Assembly: GCA_026991575.1 (NCBI GenBank)
Contig: JALXBF010000116.1
Location: 1 to 64,000 of the forward strand
Length of the DNA: 64,000 bases
Source: Planctomycetota bacterium
GTDB lineage: Bacteria > Planctomycetota > Planctomycetia > JALXBF01
Direction: 5' to 3'
Program-made: the position numbers and the translations under genes
Notes under the pieces: generated by a model
The model's input: the letters and a program-made list of their open reading frames with translations, nothing else
What the model was told of the DNA's origin: nothing
Databases searched by the model: none
Shown: piece by piece, positions 8,939 through 19,238 of the stretch
Layout of the letters: each line of letters begins with the position of its first letter
Position numbering within the stretch: the stretch's first letter is position 1

Positions 8939-11662
8939 TTGGGAGAAAAGAAGTTCCGTATTCACCAAGTAGCCAAGAAGCTGAACAAGTCCAGCAAAGA
9001 GGTGATGGAAGCCTGTGGCCGGCTGGGCATCCAGGTTAAGAGCCACTTGAGCTCCGTCACCGAGGAGGAGTACGCGCGGATTCGGGATTCGTTTTCTCAG
9101 CCCGCAGACACCCCCGCTGCGTCTCCTGCTGCTGCTGCTGCTGCTGAGACAACGGCTCCCAAGGCTAAGACGTCCCCGCCACCCGGGGCGGTCTCGCCGG
9201 TCGGCCCCATGGGCATCACGCGTAGGCCGATTGCCGATCTGGACCAGCTTGCGCGCAAAGGCAAGCCCGAGAGCGAGCAGGCCAAGACACAGGAACGATC
9301 CCGCCGCCCAGTGCGGTCGCGAAGCCGGCCCGTTCCCCAGATTCATGTACCTCCCCCGCCAACCTCCCCTCAGGCAGGCCGCACCGGTCAGAAGCAGCAG
9401 ACGTCGGCCGAACCTCAGGAACGCGTCCAACAGCCCAAGAAGCGACTGACGCCAGAGCTGTTGCGGAAAATCCGCGAACGGCAGAAGCAACAGCTGAAGG
9501 CTGCCCAGGAAGGGCCGTCACGCGGTACCGCACCCGGCGAAACAGGCCAGCCTCCCGCCCCACCGGCAGCACGCGACGAGGCCAAGAAGAAGGGCATCCG
9601 CATCGTGGCGGTGCCAAAGGTTGAACTGGCAGCGGAGGAGGAGACCGGCGGGCGTCGCGGTGGCCGTCGCGGCGGGGCTGTGGCAGGTCGCCGGATGCGG
9701 CGCGAGCGGCGCGAACGGCGGAAAGAGAACTTAATCACGGCCCTGGAGTCGCTCGAAGAAACCGAAGAGGAAGAACAGCAGGCTCTCCGGGCCGTGCCAT
9801 TCCGCCAGCGCAAGGCCAAGGACCAGACGCCGGCGGTGCAACGGCCCAGCCGCGTCGAGATCGAACCGCCCATCACTGTACGCTCCTTCTCCGAGGCAAC
9901 CGGCATCAAGGTGAGCGACATCCTGAAGAAGCTATTGTTGATGGGGCGGAGCATGACGATTAATTCGCACCTCGACCCGGAGGACGCCCAGCTTCTTGGC
10001 ATTGAGTTTGGCATCGAGGTCGAGGTCAAGCTACCGAAGGAGCTTGAAGAAGAGGTGTTTGCCCGCATCAAGCCAGATCCCAACAAGATGGTGCCGCGGC
10101 CTCCGGTCGTCACGCTGCTGGGACACGTCGACCACGGCAAGACGTCGCTGCTGGACCGTATCCGCAAGACGAATATCGTCGCCAGCGAGGCGGGCGGGAT
10201 TACGCAGTGCATCCGCGCGTGGCAGGTTGAGTACGACGGCAAGAAGATCACGTTCCTGGACACGCCGGGCCATGAAGCATTCACCGCCATGCGCGCTCGC
10301 GGGGCACAGGTCACCGACATTGCCGTCATCGTTGTTGCCGCCGACGACGGTGTCATGCCCCAGACTGAAGAGGCAATCTCGCACGCTAAAGCAGCGGGCG
10401 TTCAGATCATCGTGGCCATCAACAAATGCGATTTGCCGCAGGCCAAGCCCGAGCGGGTGCTCCATCAGCTGGCCAACGTCGGAATCCTACCGGAAGAGTG
10501 GGACATGGAACACGGCGTGCCCTGCATCCGCTGCAGCGCGCTGACCGGCGAGGGCATCGACGACCTTCTGGAACACATCCTCCTACTGGCCGAAGCGATG
10601 GATCTGAAGGCCGACCCGACGGTGCCCGCCATCGGCACCTGCCTTGAAGCAGCCCGGCACGAAGGCCGTGGCGTGTTGGCCACCTTGCTCATCGAACAGG
10701 GAACACTCCATCGCGGTGACGTCGTCGTCTGTGGCCTGGCTCACGGCCGCATCCGCAGCATGTGGAACGATCAGGAGCGGATGATTAAAGAGGCCGGTCC
10801 GGGCACGCCTGTGCTGGTCTCCGGCCTGGATGAGGTGCCTGAGGCCGGTGAGCGGTTCGTTGTTGCCAGCCTGGACGAGGCACGTAAGATCGTCGAACGC
10901 CGCCGCGAGCGAGCGCGCGAAGGCCAGGTTGCCCGACGAACGGCCGTGACGCTGGAAAGCCTCCTCAGCGGCAACGACAAGAAGCAACTGCCGCTGGTCA
11001 TCCGCGCCGACGTCCGAGGCTCGCTCGAGGCAATCGAAAAAGAGCTGTCGAAGTTCCAGGACGACGAGGTCGAGGTGCGTATCCTGCACAAGGACGTCGG
11101 AGCCATCACCGAAAGCGACGTGCTGCTGGCCGAAGCATCCCACGGCATCATTGTCGGGTTCAACGTGGGAATCGAGCCGAAGGCACGCCAGTTGGCCGAG
11201 CAGCGACGTATCGAGGTGCGTCGGTATAACATCATCTACGAACTTTCCGACGATATCCGCGCCGCCTTGGAGGGCATGCTCACACCCGAGCGACACGTCC
11301 GGGACCTGGGCGAGGCCGAAGTGCTACAGGTGTTCAAGATCCGTGGCGTGGGACGGGTTGCTGGCTGCCGTGTACGTCGCGGCCGCGTCCTGCGAAGCTC
11401 ATACGTCCGCGTCCTGCGCGACGGGCGGGTCATTTACCCCGATCCCACCAGCGAACGCCACGTTCGCGTAGCTTCGCTGAAACGGTTCCAGGATGACGTG
11501 CAGGAGGTGCGCTCCGGCTACGAGTGCGGAATCCGCATCGAAGGTTTCGACGACATCAAGCCTGGCGACGTGTTGGAGTTCTACGAGATCCAGGAAATCC
11601 GCCGCAAGCTCGGTCAGAAGCGTCAAACCCCAGAGCCTGCCGTCGCATCGGCCAGCCGCTGA
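8939..11662 (+). CDS. infB: Translation initiation factor IF-2
   Basis: [60 protein letters not shown]; likely TTG start at 8939 after GGGAGG. Confidence 0.97.
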   Translation: MGEKKFRIHQVAKKLNKSSKEVMEACGRLGIQVKSHLSSVTEEEYARIRDSFSQPADTPAASPAAAAAAETTAPKAKTSPPPGAVSPVGPMGITRRPIADLDQLARKGKPESEQAKTQERSRRPVRSRSRPVPQIHVPPPPTSPQAGRTGQKQQTSAEPQERVQQPKKRLTPELLRKIRERQKQQLKAAQEGPSRGTAPGETGQPPAPPAARDEAKKKGIRIVAVPKVELAAEEETGGRRGGRRGGAVAGRRMRRERRERRKENLITALESLEETEEEEQQALRAVPFRQRKAKDQTPAVQRPSRVEIEPPITVRSFSEATGIKVSDILKKLLLMGRSMTINSHLDPEDAQLLGIEFGIEVEVKLPKELEEEVFARIKPDPNKMVPRPPVVTLLGHVDHGKTSLLDRIRKTNIVASEAGGITQCIRAWQVEYDGKKITFLDTPGHEAFTAMRARGAQVTDIAVIVVAADDGVMPQTEEAISHAKAAGVQIIVAINKCDLPQAKPERVLHQLANVGILPEEWDMEHGVPCIRCSALTGEGIDDLLEHILLLAEAMDLKADPTVPAIGTCLEAARHEGRGVLATLLIEQGTLHRGDVVVCGLAHGRIRSMWNDQERMIKEAGPGTPVLVSGLDEVPEAGERFVVASLDEARKIVERRRERAREGQVARRTAVTLESLLSGNDKKQLPLVIRADVRGSLEAIEKELSKFQDDEVEVRILHKDVGAITESDVLLAEASHGIIVGFNVGIEPKARQLAEQRRIEVRRYNIIYELSDDIRAALEGMLTPERHVRDLGEAEVLQVFKIRGVGRVAGCRVRRGRVLRSSYVRVLRDGRVIYPDPTSERHVRVASLKRFQDDVQEVRSGYECGIRIEGFDDIKPGDVLEFYEIQEIRRKLGQKRQTPEPAVASASR

Positions 11663-11681
11663 GCCCCAACACGACGCAACC

Positions 11682-11963
11682 ATGGTAGTCGGCACTCTTC
11701 GCGCGACGCTGCTCATCCGCGAGGCACGCACGCTCAAGGAAAAGCGCCGCGTGCTGAATTCGATCAAAGATCGGCTGCGGAACCAGTTCAACGTGTCCGT
11801 CTCTGAAGTCGACGGACAGCACAGCCACCGTACAGCTGTGCTCGGAATTGCCATCGTGGCAAACGAGGTCAGTGCCGTGCAGCAGATGCTGGCGCAAGTG
11901 GAGCGGCTCCTGCGACTGCACCCAATCGCCGAATTGACCAACACCGAACGAGAGATCCTGTAA
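11682..11963 (+). CDS. DUF503 (YlxP-like) protein
   Basis: MVVGTL...TLKEKRRVLNSIKDRLRNQFNVSVSEVD; canonical position after infB. Confidence 0.9.
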   Translation: MVVGTLRATLLIREARTLKEKRRVLNSIKDRLRNQFNVSVSEVDGQHSHRTAVLGIAIVANEVSAVQQMLAQVERLLRLHPIAELTNTEREIL

Positions 11964-12229
11964 CGACCCTCTCGCCCCGCCACGCGCACCGGTCCCTCCG
12001 TTTTACGACCGCTTCCTCGCACCAGGTGCACCGGCGACGTACTCAGCAGACCTTAGCGTGAGACCGGTCGCGTAATCGCTGACAGACCCCCAATTGGTAC
12101 TGGCGCAGGCAGGAGACCGGCTCCTCGTCGACAGGACCGGGGCTGCACGGAGCTGCTGTAAACTCAATATGCCACACCGCGCAGCAGCGGCCTCGTGCGT
12201 TCTCGACGCCACGCGCCGGACGGAACCGC

Positions 12230-13078
12230 CTAGCTCTTCTTGCGGCTACGCTTGCCAGTCGTGCGCGTGTTCTTCTTGCGACCGGACGACTTGGCCTGAC
12301 TGCTCGAGCGCCGTTTGGTGGCCCCGCGAGCCCGCTTACCACTTGATGAACTCCGCTGCTCCACCGCCGCCACAGCCACCAGTTCCTCACGCCGGCTTGC
12401 GGCATACTCGCAGGTCTGTTGCAGCCAGCAGTCATCACACCGCGGCTCCTCGGACAGGCAAACCGTTAAGCCGTGGAGACGGGACGCCTGCTCGAAGCCG
12501 TAACACTCCTCGACCGGCACCGCTTGCTGCAGCGCCTGCCGCATCGCCCGGTCATTGTCACCGTTCACCCCCGGCAGTCCAATACGTCGCCACACGCGCA
12601 AGATGGTGGCGTCAACGGGCAGAGCACGGCGGCGAAGCCGATCGCGCACGATCCGAGCGCGAACGTGCGGCGTGAACCACTCCTGCTCGCCGCACATCTT
12701 TTCGATGTACGCGATCCCCTTCTTGGCCCAATCCTCGATATCGAACCGGTAGACGCTCTCAAAGATGTGGTGCAGTGCCCGCTTAACCAGGCGAGCCTTC
12801 TCGGCTGCGGCCGGCAGGCCATCGAGGTACTCGGCGATCTCCTGAACGGGCGAGACGCGCAATTCGTTCCAGTCCACGAACTCCTTGCTCAACCGCTCCA
12901 GAACCTGGCGGGCCTGGAGCTCGTCGGCATCCTCGGCCAGGATGGCCAGCAGGATGGTCTCCAGTAAGGGCAGCGGTTCAGACGGCCGCTCGGGAACCTC
13001 GTGCTGCTTCCTCAGCACCGAGTAGATCTCATGGATTCGCCGGACGCGTTGTTCTGCCGCACTCCTACGCTTAGCCAT
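12230..13078 (-). CDS. Endonuclease III-like (HhH-GPD fold, 4Fe-4S motif) protein with basic tail
   Basis: FVDWNELRVS, LPVD..ILRVWRRIGL, C-x6-C-x2-C-x5-C (CLSEEPRCDDCWLQQTC), K/R/S-rich C-terminus. Confidence 0.75.
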   Translation of the reverse strand: MAKRRSAAEQRVRRIHEIYSVLRKQHEVPERPSEPLPLLETILLAILAEDADELQARQVLERLSKEFVDWNELRVSPVQEIAEYLDGLPAAAEKARLVKRALHHIFESVYRFDIEDWAKKGIAYIEKMCGEQEWFTPHVRARIVRDRLRRRALPVDATILRVWRRIGLPGVNGDNDRAMRQALQQAVPVEECYGFEQASRLHGLTVCLSEEPRCDDCWLQQTCEYAASRREELVAVAAVEQRSSSSGKRARGATKRRSSSQAKSSGRKKNTRTTGKRSRKKS

Positions 13079-13126
13079 CTGGCTCGTCTCCTCAGCCGAA
13101 AGGTCGATTCACCGAGCCGATCTCGG

Positions 13127-13576
13127 TCACTCCGCTTCCTCGGCGCCGGCGCCCTGTTCCGTTTCCCCCAATTCCTGACGGGACGCTTCGGGCTGTGTGG
13201 TGGCAGCCTGTTCCGCCGACCGATCCGACGCCTCACGTTCTCGGGCCAGCTGCTCCAAGATCATGCTCACCTGGATGCTGTGCTTGACGCCGCGGTCGAC
13301 GACAAAGCGCAGCTGCGGAATGTGCTTGGTCCTGAGCCCGCGGGCTAGTTTGGCCTGGAGGTAACGGCGAGCAGAGTTCAGGCCGCTCAGCACTTCCTCC
13401 TCGTTGGCTTCGTCCATGATGGAAACGTACACCTTCGCGTGTCGCAGGTCCGCGCTGACTTCCACACGCGTGACGGTCACCCCCTTGATGCGAGGATCTC
13501 GCAGCTCCAGCAGAATGGCCGAAGCGACGATCTCGCGCACCAGCTCGGCGACACGTTCCGGTTTCCAACCTGGCAT
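13127..13576 (-). CDS. rbfA: Ribosome-binding factor A
   Basis: ELRDPRIKGVTVTRVEVSADLRHAKVYVS, HIPQLRFVVD; GGGAGG RBS. Confidence 0.95.
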   Translation of the reverse strand: MPGWKPERVAELVREIVASAILLELRDPRIKGVTVTRVEVSADLRHAKVYVSIMDEANEEEVLSGLNSARRYLQAKLARGLRTKHIPQLRFVVDRGVKHSIQVSMILEQLAREREASDRSAEQAATTQPEASRQELGETEQGAGAEEAE

Positions 13577-14175
13577 TGATCGCTACCTCCCTTGCAGGCC
13601 GGCTACCGGGGTCGCCAGCCCATCACCTATGCTATGCCACAGCTGGAAGGACGTCGAATCGAACCACCAGGCTGGCAGCCGTAATTCAGTGGTCGGAAGT
13701 ATGAGCCCGGAACGACCGTTACCAGGCCGGCGCGGAACTGACAAATGGACGGATCGCCGACGGCGCAGCCAGTGCGGTCGCTGCTTGCACAGCCTGGCTA
13801 AACGGGTGAAAGGGGCATGCCCTCGCCGACACGGACGCTCAAGTCGCACCCGCGTGGCGGCGCTGATGTTTTCCTGGTCTTCGCCCGAAGCGCCGCCGCT
13901 CACGCGGCGTCGGGCGCTGCGGCCGGTCCCTGGCTCCCTAACCACCAGGGGCCGGCCCTCGCCATCGATTGCATGCTCCTAGGCTGCCTAACACGCGGAG
14001 AGCGCGTGCGAAGGAGCGCCCGGGCCCGTGTGCGGATCGCAAGACCCAACCGTATGCTATCCGCACATGCCTCGGAGACGAAAGCGATACGTCGCAGCTG
14101 ACCGGGAAGATCACCCCACCCCAGCACGCCGCGCACAGTAGAGAAGCAGAATCGGCCCCGGCGTCGGCAGGGCAA

Positions 14176-14204
14176 TGGACAGCCAGCGGCCCGTCGGTCA
14201 TAAT
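14176..14204 (+). promoter_or_regulatory. sigma70-type promoter for TPR-yebC
   Basis: TGGACA-N17-CATAAT, about 55 bp upstream of ATG 14258. Confidence 0.55.
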
Positions 14205-14257
14205 TCAGCACGGAAGCCCTCAGAAACCATCAGTGGCGCAACTGCAGAGGTGAGCGA

Positions 14258-16561
14258 ATGTTGTTTTGGAGCACCCTGGTCGGAGCGGTGTTCGCGGCGA
14301 CGGCCGCAATGGCCCAGCAGAACACCGAGCAGCCGGTCGCTGACCGGGCGCAGCTCAAGAAGCTTTCCCGCTATTTTCTGAACGCCGGCATCGAGCCGCC
14401 TCGACCATTTCGGCCTGTCCGGCGTCGCACCGTTGCCGATGAGCGGCGGCTAGAGGCAATCGCCTGGTTCTGCACGGGCCGGCGCCTGGTCCATCAGCGT
14501 CGCTGGCGGGATGCCGTTGCCGCATACAAGAAGGCGTTGCAGTTCGATCCGAAAGGCGTGGCGATTTACCACGATCTGATCAGGCTGCTCCGTCTCCTTG
14601 GCCGGGAACAGGAGCTTCACGAGTACCTGGCCAGGGCAGTTGAGGTTGACCCGGAAAACCACGAGTTCCTGTACCAGCTGGCTTTGGAGACGTTGCGCAG
14701 CGGGGAGCTGGATACGGCCCGCGACCTGCTGGAGCGAGCATTGCAGAGCCCCCGACTGCCCGAGACGAGCTACGATCGACTGCGCATTGCTCTGACGCTT
14801 GCTGAAGTGTTCGACCGCCAGCAGCGTTACAAGGCAGCAGCCGAGCAGTATGCGTTTGTGCTCAACGCCCTCGCGCAACCGAGACGGTACCGGCTGTATC
14901 GTGACCCACGTGCTCGGGTGCTCTTCCGCGACCTGCCCGGGCTGTACGAACGCATCGGCAACGCGCTGCGACGGGCTCAGCGATACGAGCTTGCGTTGGA
15001 AGCCTACCGACGGGCCCGCGAGGCGGCTGGAGCCCAGGGAGCACGGTTCTATCTGAAAATTGCCGAGACGTACCTGGACGCAGATAAGCCGCGGCAAGCA
15101 CTCGAAGCGCTGGAACACTACATCAGGGAGCAGACCCCTCAGGGCGCCGAAGCCTACGAGCTGCTGGTGCGCGTCCTGGAACAGCTCGGTCGACAGGAGG
15201 AGATCATCCCGCGGTTACAGGAGGCGCTGGAGCGGGATCCGCACAATCGCGAGCTTCGCCTCCTGCTGGCCGCTCGGCTGGAGAAAGCAGGCCGGGCCGA
15301 CGAGGCCGAGGCGATCTACCAGCAACTGCTCGGCACGGCTCCTAGCCCCAAGGTCGTCGCGGCGCTGGCCGCCCTGCACTGGCGCCGCGGAGCGGTGGCG
15401 AAGTCGCTGGAGCTGCTCGGGCAGCTTGGCAACCAGCTCGTGCGGCGCCGTTCGTCTGACGCATTGGCCGCTCTGGCAGGCATCGCGCGTGAGCTGGCCG
15501 GCGACGAAGCGCGATACCGCGAGGCAATGCAGCAGGTCGACAACATGCTTGCCCAGCCTGATGGCGGCGGGATGACCGTGGGGCTGGCCTACGCCCTGGC
15601 CCGAGTGGCCAAGGTCGCCAAAGACTACGATCGCTGTGTGAAACTGTTGACTCACTGCCGCGACCGCAGTCCGGCCAATCCGGTGTTCGTGATCGAGCTG
15701 CACGAGACGTTGATGGCCGCCAAGCGGTACGCGGAAGCGGCTGAAAACCTCCGCTGGGCCCTGGAGAAGGGCCCCTGGGCTCTGAACCCAAGCCCGGTCA
15801 TCTACGCCGAACTAGCTCGGGCGCTGCTGCTGGCGGGCAAACTCGACGACGCCTACCGGGAGGCGCGGCGTGTGATTGAGTTGATGCCGCACCGTGCGAG
15901 CGGCTACGCACTGGCCGCTTTCGTGCTCATCCGTCGGGGCAAGTACGAGGAAGCGATCAAACTCCTGGAGGAAGCGCGCAAGGCCGTGCGGGGCAACCCG
16001 AGCGAAGAACGCCGCGTGTTGCTGCAACTGTCCAGCGTCTACTACGAGGCCAACAACCTGGCTAAGACTGAAGAGATTCTCCTGGAGGTTATCCGTCGTT
16101 GGCCCCAGGACCCCGGCGCGTACAACGACCTCGGCTACATCTGGGCGGACCACGACAAGAACCTCGACCAGGCCGAACGGTTCATCCGTCGGGCGCTGGA
16201 ACTCTACGAGCGGCAGCGCTCGCCCCAGGACCCTGAAAAGAACGCCGCTTATCTCGATTCGCTCGGCTGGGTCCTGTACAAGAAGGGCCGCTACGAGGAA
16301 GCGCGCAAGTACCTCGAAGAGGCAGCCCACGCCCCGGAAGGAGACGACGGCGTGATATGGGACCATCTTGGTGACGTCTACTGGAGCCTCGGGCAGCGCA
16401 AAGAGGCAATCCAGGCGTGGGAAAAGGCGGCCCGGCTTCTGGAGAAAGAGGACTCACCGACGGACCGGAAGCGCCTGGAGGAAGTCCGCAGCAAGCTGCA
16501 GAAGGCACGGCAGAACAAGCCGATACCGGAACTGAGGCCTGCAACCCAGGCGAAACCGTAA
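14258..16561 (+). CDS. Exported tetratricopeptide-repeat protein
   Basis: Signal peptide (..AATAAMA-Q), many TPRs, C-terminal NDLGYIWAD..AYLDSLGWVLYK..DHLGDVY. Confidence 0.9.
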   Translation: MLFWSTLVGAVFAATAAMAQQNTEQPVADRAQLKKLSRYFLNAGIEPPRPFRPVRRRTVADERRLEAIAWFCTGRRLVHQRRWRDAVAAYKKALQFDPKGVAIYHDLIRLLRLLGREQELHEYLARAVEVDPENHEFLYQLALETLRSGELDTARDLLERALQSPRLPETSYDRLRIALTLAEVFDRQQRYKAAAEQYAFVLNALAQPRRYRLYRDPRARVLFRDLPGLYERIGNALRRAQRYELALEAYRRAREAAGAQGARFYLKIAETYLDADKPRQALEALEHYIREQTPQGAEAYELLVRVLEQLGRQEEIIPRLQEALERDPHNRELRLLLAARLEKAGRADEAEAIYQQLLGTAPSPKVVAALAALHWRRGAVAKSLELLGQLGNQLVRRRSSDALAALAGIARELAGDEARYREAMQQVDNMLAQPDGGGMTVGLAYALARVAKVAKDYDRCVKLLTHCRDRSPANPVFVIELHETLMAAKRYAEAAENLRWALEKGPWALNPSPVIYAELARALLLAGKLDDAYREARRVIELMPHRASGYALAAFVLIRRGKYEEAIKLLEEARKAVRGNPSEERRVLLQLSSVYYEANNLAKTEEILLEVIRRWPQDPGAYNDLGYIWADHDKNLDQAERFIRRALELYERQRSPQDPEKNAAYLDSLGWVLYKKGRYEEARKYLEEAAHAPEGDDGVIWDHLGDVYWSLGQRKEAIQAWEKAARLLEKEDSPTDRKRLEEVRSKLQKARQNKPIPELRPATQAKP

Positions 16562-16605
16562 GTCGGGCGCACAGACGGTGAATCGGTCGTCCAGAGAGGT
16601 GCTGC

Positions 16606-17358
16606 ATGGCCGGACATTCCCACTGGCGACAAATCAAACACAAGAAGCAAGCAGCCGACGCCAAGCGGGGCAAGCTGTTCAGTAAGCTTTCCCGCGCGAT
16701 CATCATCGCTGCGCGCGAAGGCGGCGGCGACCCGTCGGCAAACCTTAAGCTCCGCTACGCAATCGATCGGGCAAAGGCAGCGAGCATGCCGGCCGAGACG
16801 ATCGAGCGCGCCATCAAGAAAGGCACAGGCGAGCTGGCTGCCGAACGACTCGAGGAGATCACCTACGAAGGCTACGGACCAGGCGGCGTCGGCATCTTGG
16901 TCGAAGTGCTTACGGACAATCGGAATCGCACCGGCAGTGAACTACGCAGGCTGTTTGAGCGCGCCGGCGGCAAGCTTGCTACCAGCGGCTCGGTTGCCTG
17001 GATGTTCGAAACCCGTGGCGTCTGCACGGTCGAAGGCGAAGTGGACCCGGACCACTTGCTGGAGGTCGCCCTCGAAGCTGGTGCCGATGACGTCAAGGCC
17101 ATTGATGACGCGTACGAAGTCTACTGCGACCCATCGCAATTCCAGGAGCTGAAAACTACGCTGGAGAAAGCCGGCTTCCAGCTCCGCTCGGCCGAAATTG
17201 CCAAGATTCCCACCGTGACTGTCAACATCGAGGACGCCGAGGTGGGGCGGAAGCTGCTGAAGCTGCTCGACGAACTGGACGAGCACGACGACGTCCAGAA
17301 CGTCTACGCCAACTACACCATGAGTGACGAGCTGCTACAGACGGCCGCGGCAGGGTAG
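16606..17358 (+). CDS. yebC: YebC/PmpR family protein
   Basis: MAGHSHWRQIKHKK, YEGYGPGG, TDNRNRT, DDVQNVYAN. Confidence 0.97.
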   Translation: MAGHSHWRQIKHKKQAADAKRGKLFSKLSRAIIIAAREGGGDPSANLKLRYAIDRAKAASMPAETIERAIKKGTGELAAERLEEITYEGYGPGGVGILVEVLTDNRNRTGSELRRLFERAGGKLATSGSVAWMFETRGVCTVEGEVDPDHLLEVALEAGADDVKAIDDAYEVYCDPSQFQELKTTLEKAGFQLRSAEIAKIPTVTVNIEDAEVGRKLLKLLDELDEHDDVQNVYANYTMSDELLQTAAAG

Positions 17359-17508
17359 TCGGCGTGCCCTGCGGCGCGGGTGCAGCGGCCGCAGGACGCG
17401 GAGACAAGAGCACACGGCCAGCACACGTGATGCCGCAGAGCTGAGTCTCTGTGCGGCGGGCAGCTGCGCGCTGGCGGGTCTCCTACAGGACACCGTTGCG
17501 CAACTCGG

Positions 17509-19056
17509 TCATTTCCGTCGTCTGCGGCGGTATTCGAGTGCGTCCTGGCGTGCCTCCTGTGTGTGCACCACTTCCGGCCAGCGTCGCGCGAAACTGAACG
17601 TCGGGTCGTTCTCCGGGTCGTGGCACCGTTTGCAAAGTTTGGCTTCGGCGGAGACCGACTCCAGATGCAGCGCCTGCCGCAGGGCGATATTGTCAGGGTC
17701 GCGAGCGTGTTGGCCGGCAGGTCCGTGGCAGTTCTCACACTGGTTGCCGCCCAGGTGAGCCGTTGCGGGCGTGCCATCGTACCCCCCCTGGTATCCGAAC
17801 ATCGTCGTGTGGCACGCCAGACACTCCGGATTAACGTGTTCACCGGTCTTTCGCAGCGCCTCGAGGGCCTGCGCGTGCTTGGACTCCTCCCATTTCTTCA
17901 CGGTCCGCGGGTGGCATGCGCGGCACTCCTGGACACCCGCCACGAAAACCCCCTCATCCAGTGGCTTCTTCACGATCTTCTGCACCAACTGCAGCCCCGC
18001 TAGCTTTGCAAGGTAGGTGTCGTAAACAAGCTGGCGCATCGCCTCATCGTCCGCGAAGCGGGCGTCCAGAGCCGTCAGCTCAAACGCCAACGTCGGCCGC
18101 TGTGCGCCACGCCGCACGCCAACCGTACCGGCATACATCCCCTTCCTACCGACCGTCACCAACAGCGTGTCCCCCTCCCACACCTCCTGCCCCAGCGGCT
18201 CCTCGCTTGCTTCAGCATGGATCACCAGGTCGAAGTCCGCGTACTTGCGCACGAGTCGGCGGGCAGATTCCAGATGACCGTAGTACAGAAGGACGCGGAG
18301 GTCGCAGTCGGAGAGCTTCGGCAACCAGGCCGCCACCGTATCCTCGGGCGGCTGCCAGCGAAGCGGGGTAATTTCGTCCTTCACATACCGCTTGTAGTTT
18401 GGCCCGACGACGGCCAACACCCCAATCTTCCAGCCCTCCCGCTCGACGACCACGTACGGCCGCACCACCTCCTGTAAGTCCTCGGGTATCGATAGGTTAC
18501 AGTTCGTGACGACGGGCCGCTCCAGCTCGCCGGCCACGCTGACATAGGTCAACAGACCGCTCTCCAAGTTGGCGTCCTGCGGTCCCAGCCCGACTACGTC
18601 ATACCCCAGTTCGCTCAACGCCTGCAGCGAAACCTCTAGCTTGGCAAGCCGATGCTCCGGGCCGGGAACGTACTTCAGGAGCCCGTATGCCTGTTGCGGG
18701 TCGTCGACCAGACCGCCCAGGTCAAGAGCGACCACCGGCCAGCCCTTCTGGCGAACGTAGCGCAGAAACGCCCCTCGCTTGGCCAAGCCACCCTTTTGAA
18801 AGGCGGGCGAGCAGCCGCACGGTTTCAGACGTCCCTCTTGTTGGCCGGTGAAGAAAAGCACCAGGTCGGGTGGAAACTGGTCCCAGCTGGCTAACGGCGG
18901 GGGTTCTTCCGCGGGGGTCTGCTGCGGCTGGCTGCCTGCCGCGCCCTCGGAATCCGCCGGGGCTCCTGGAGCCGCTACCCGATAAACGACCAGTCCCGCT
19001 CCGCCCCAGATGACCAACAGCAGAGCGATCACGGCGATGGCGATACCACGCGACAT
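17509..19056 (-). CDS. Membrane-anchored tetraheme cytochrome c (c554-like) fused to a 5'-nucleotidase/metallophosphoesterase-like domain
   Basis: N-terminal TM; G.LKPCGC...GGLAKR and DLGG motifs; four CxxCH (CRACH, CLACH, CENCH, CKRCH). Confidence 0.85.
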   Translation of the reverse strand: MSRGIAIAVIALLLVIWGGAGLVVYRVAAPGAPADSEGAAGSQPQQTPAEEPPPLASWDQFPPDLVLFFTGQQEGRLKPCGCSPAFQKGGLAKRGAFLRYVRQKGWPVVALDLGGLVDDPQQAYGLLKYVPGPEHRLAKLEVSLQALSELGYDVVGLGPQDANLESGLLTYVSVAGELERPVVTNCNLSIPEDLQEVVRPYVVVEREGWKIGVLAVVGPNYKRYVKDEITPLRWQPPEDTVAAWLPKLSDCDLRVLLYYGHLESARRLVRKYADFDLVIHAEASEEPLGQEVWEGDTLLVTVGRKGMYAGTVGVRRGAQRPTLAFELTALDARFADDEAMRQLVYDTYLAKLAGLQLVQKIVKKPLDEGVFVAGVQECRACHPRTVKKWEESKHAQALEALRKTGEHVNPECLACHTTMFGYQGGYDGTPATAHLGGNQCENCHGPAGQHARDPDNIALRQALHLESVSAEAKLCKRCHDPENDPTFSFARRWPEVVHTQEARQDALEYRRRRRK

Positions 19057-19238
19057 CGCTACCTCCTGGCTAGGTGGGCCGCCCCATCGTGGCCGCGCAA
19101 GTCCGCTCTTCTTCTACTCGGTTCTGATCCCGGCGACCAGTCCAAACCGGACCGCCCACCGTCGATGGAACCGTTTCGCCAGCAGCGTTGCTATCGTTGG
19201 CAGAGCGACACAAGACGTGTGCCTGTCGCGGAAACGGG

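Noticed and set aside
9128..9145. (GCT)6 microsatellite in infB as a phase-variation tract
   Set aside because: In-frame poly-Ala in the variable IF-2 linker; cannot shift the frame.
13800..14160. RNase P RNA / tmRNA / SRP candidate
   Set aside because: No GAGGAAAGTCC or ACAGAA..CGGCTTA signature and no tRNA-like ends.
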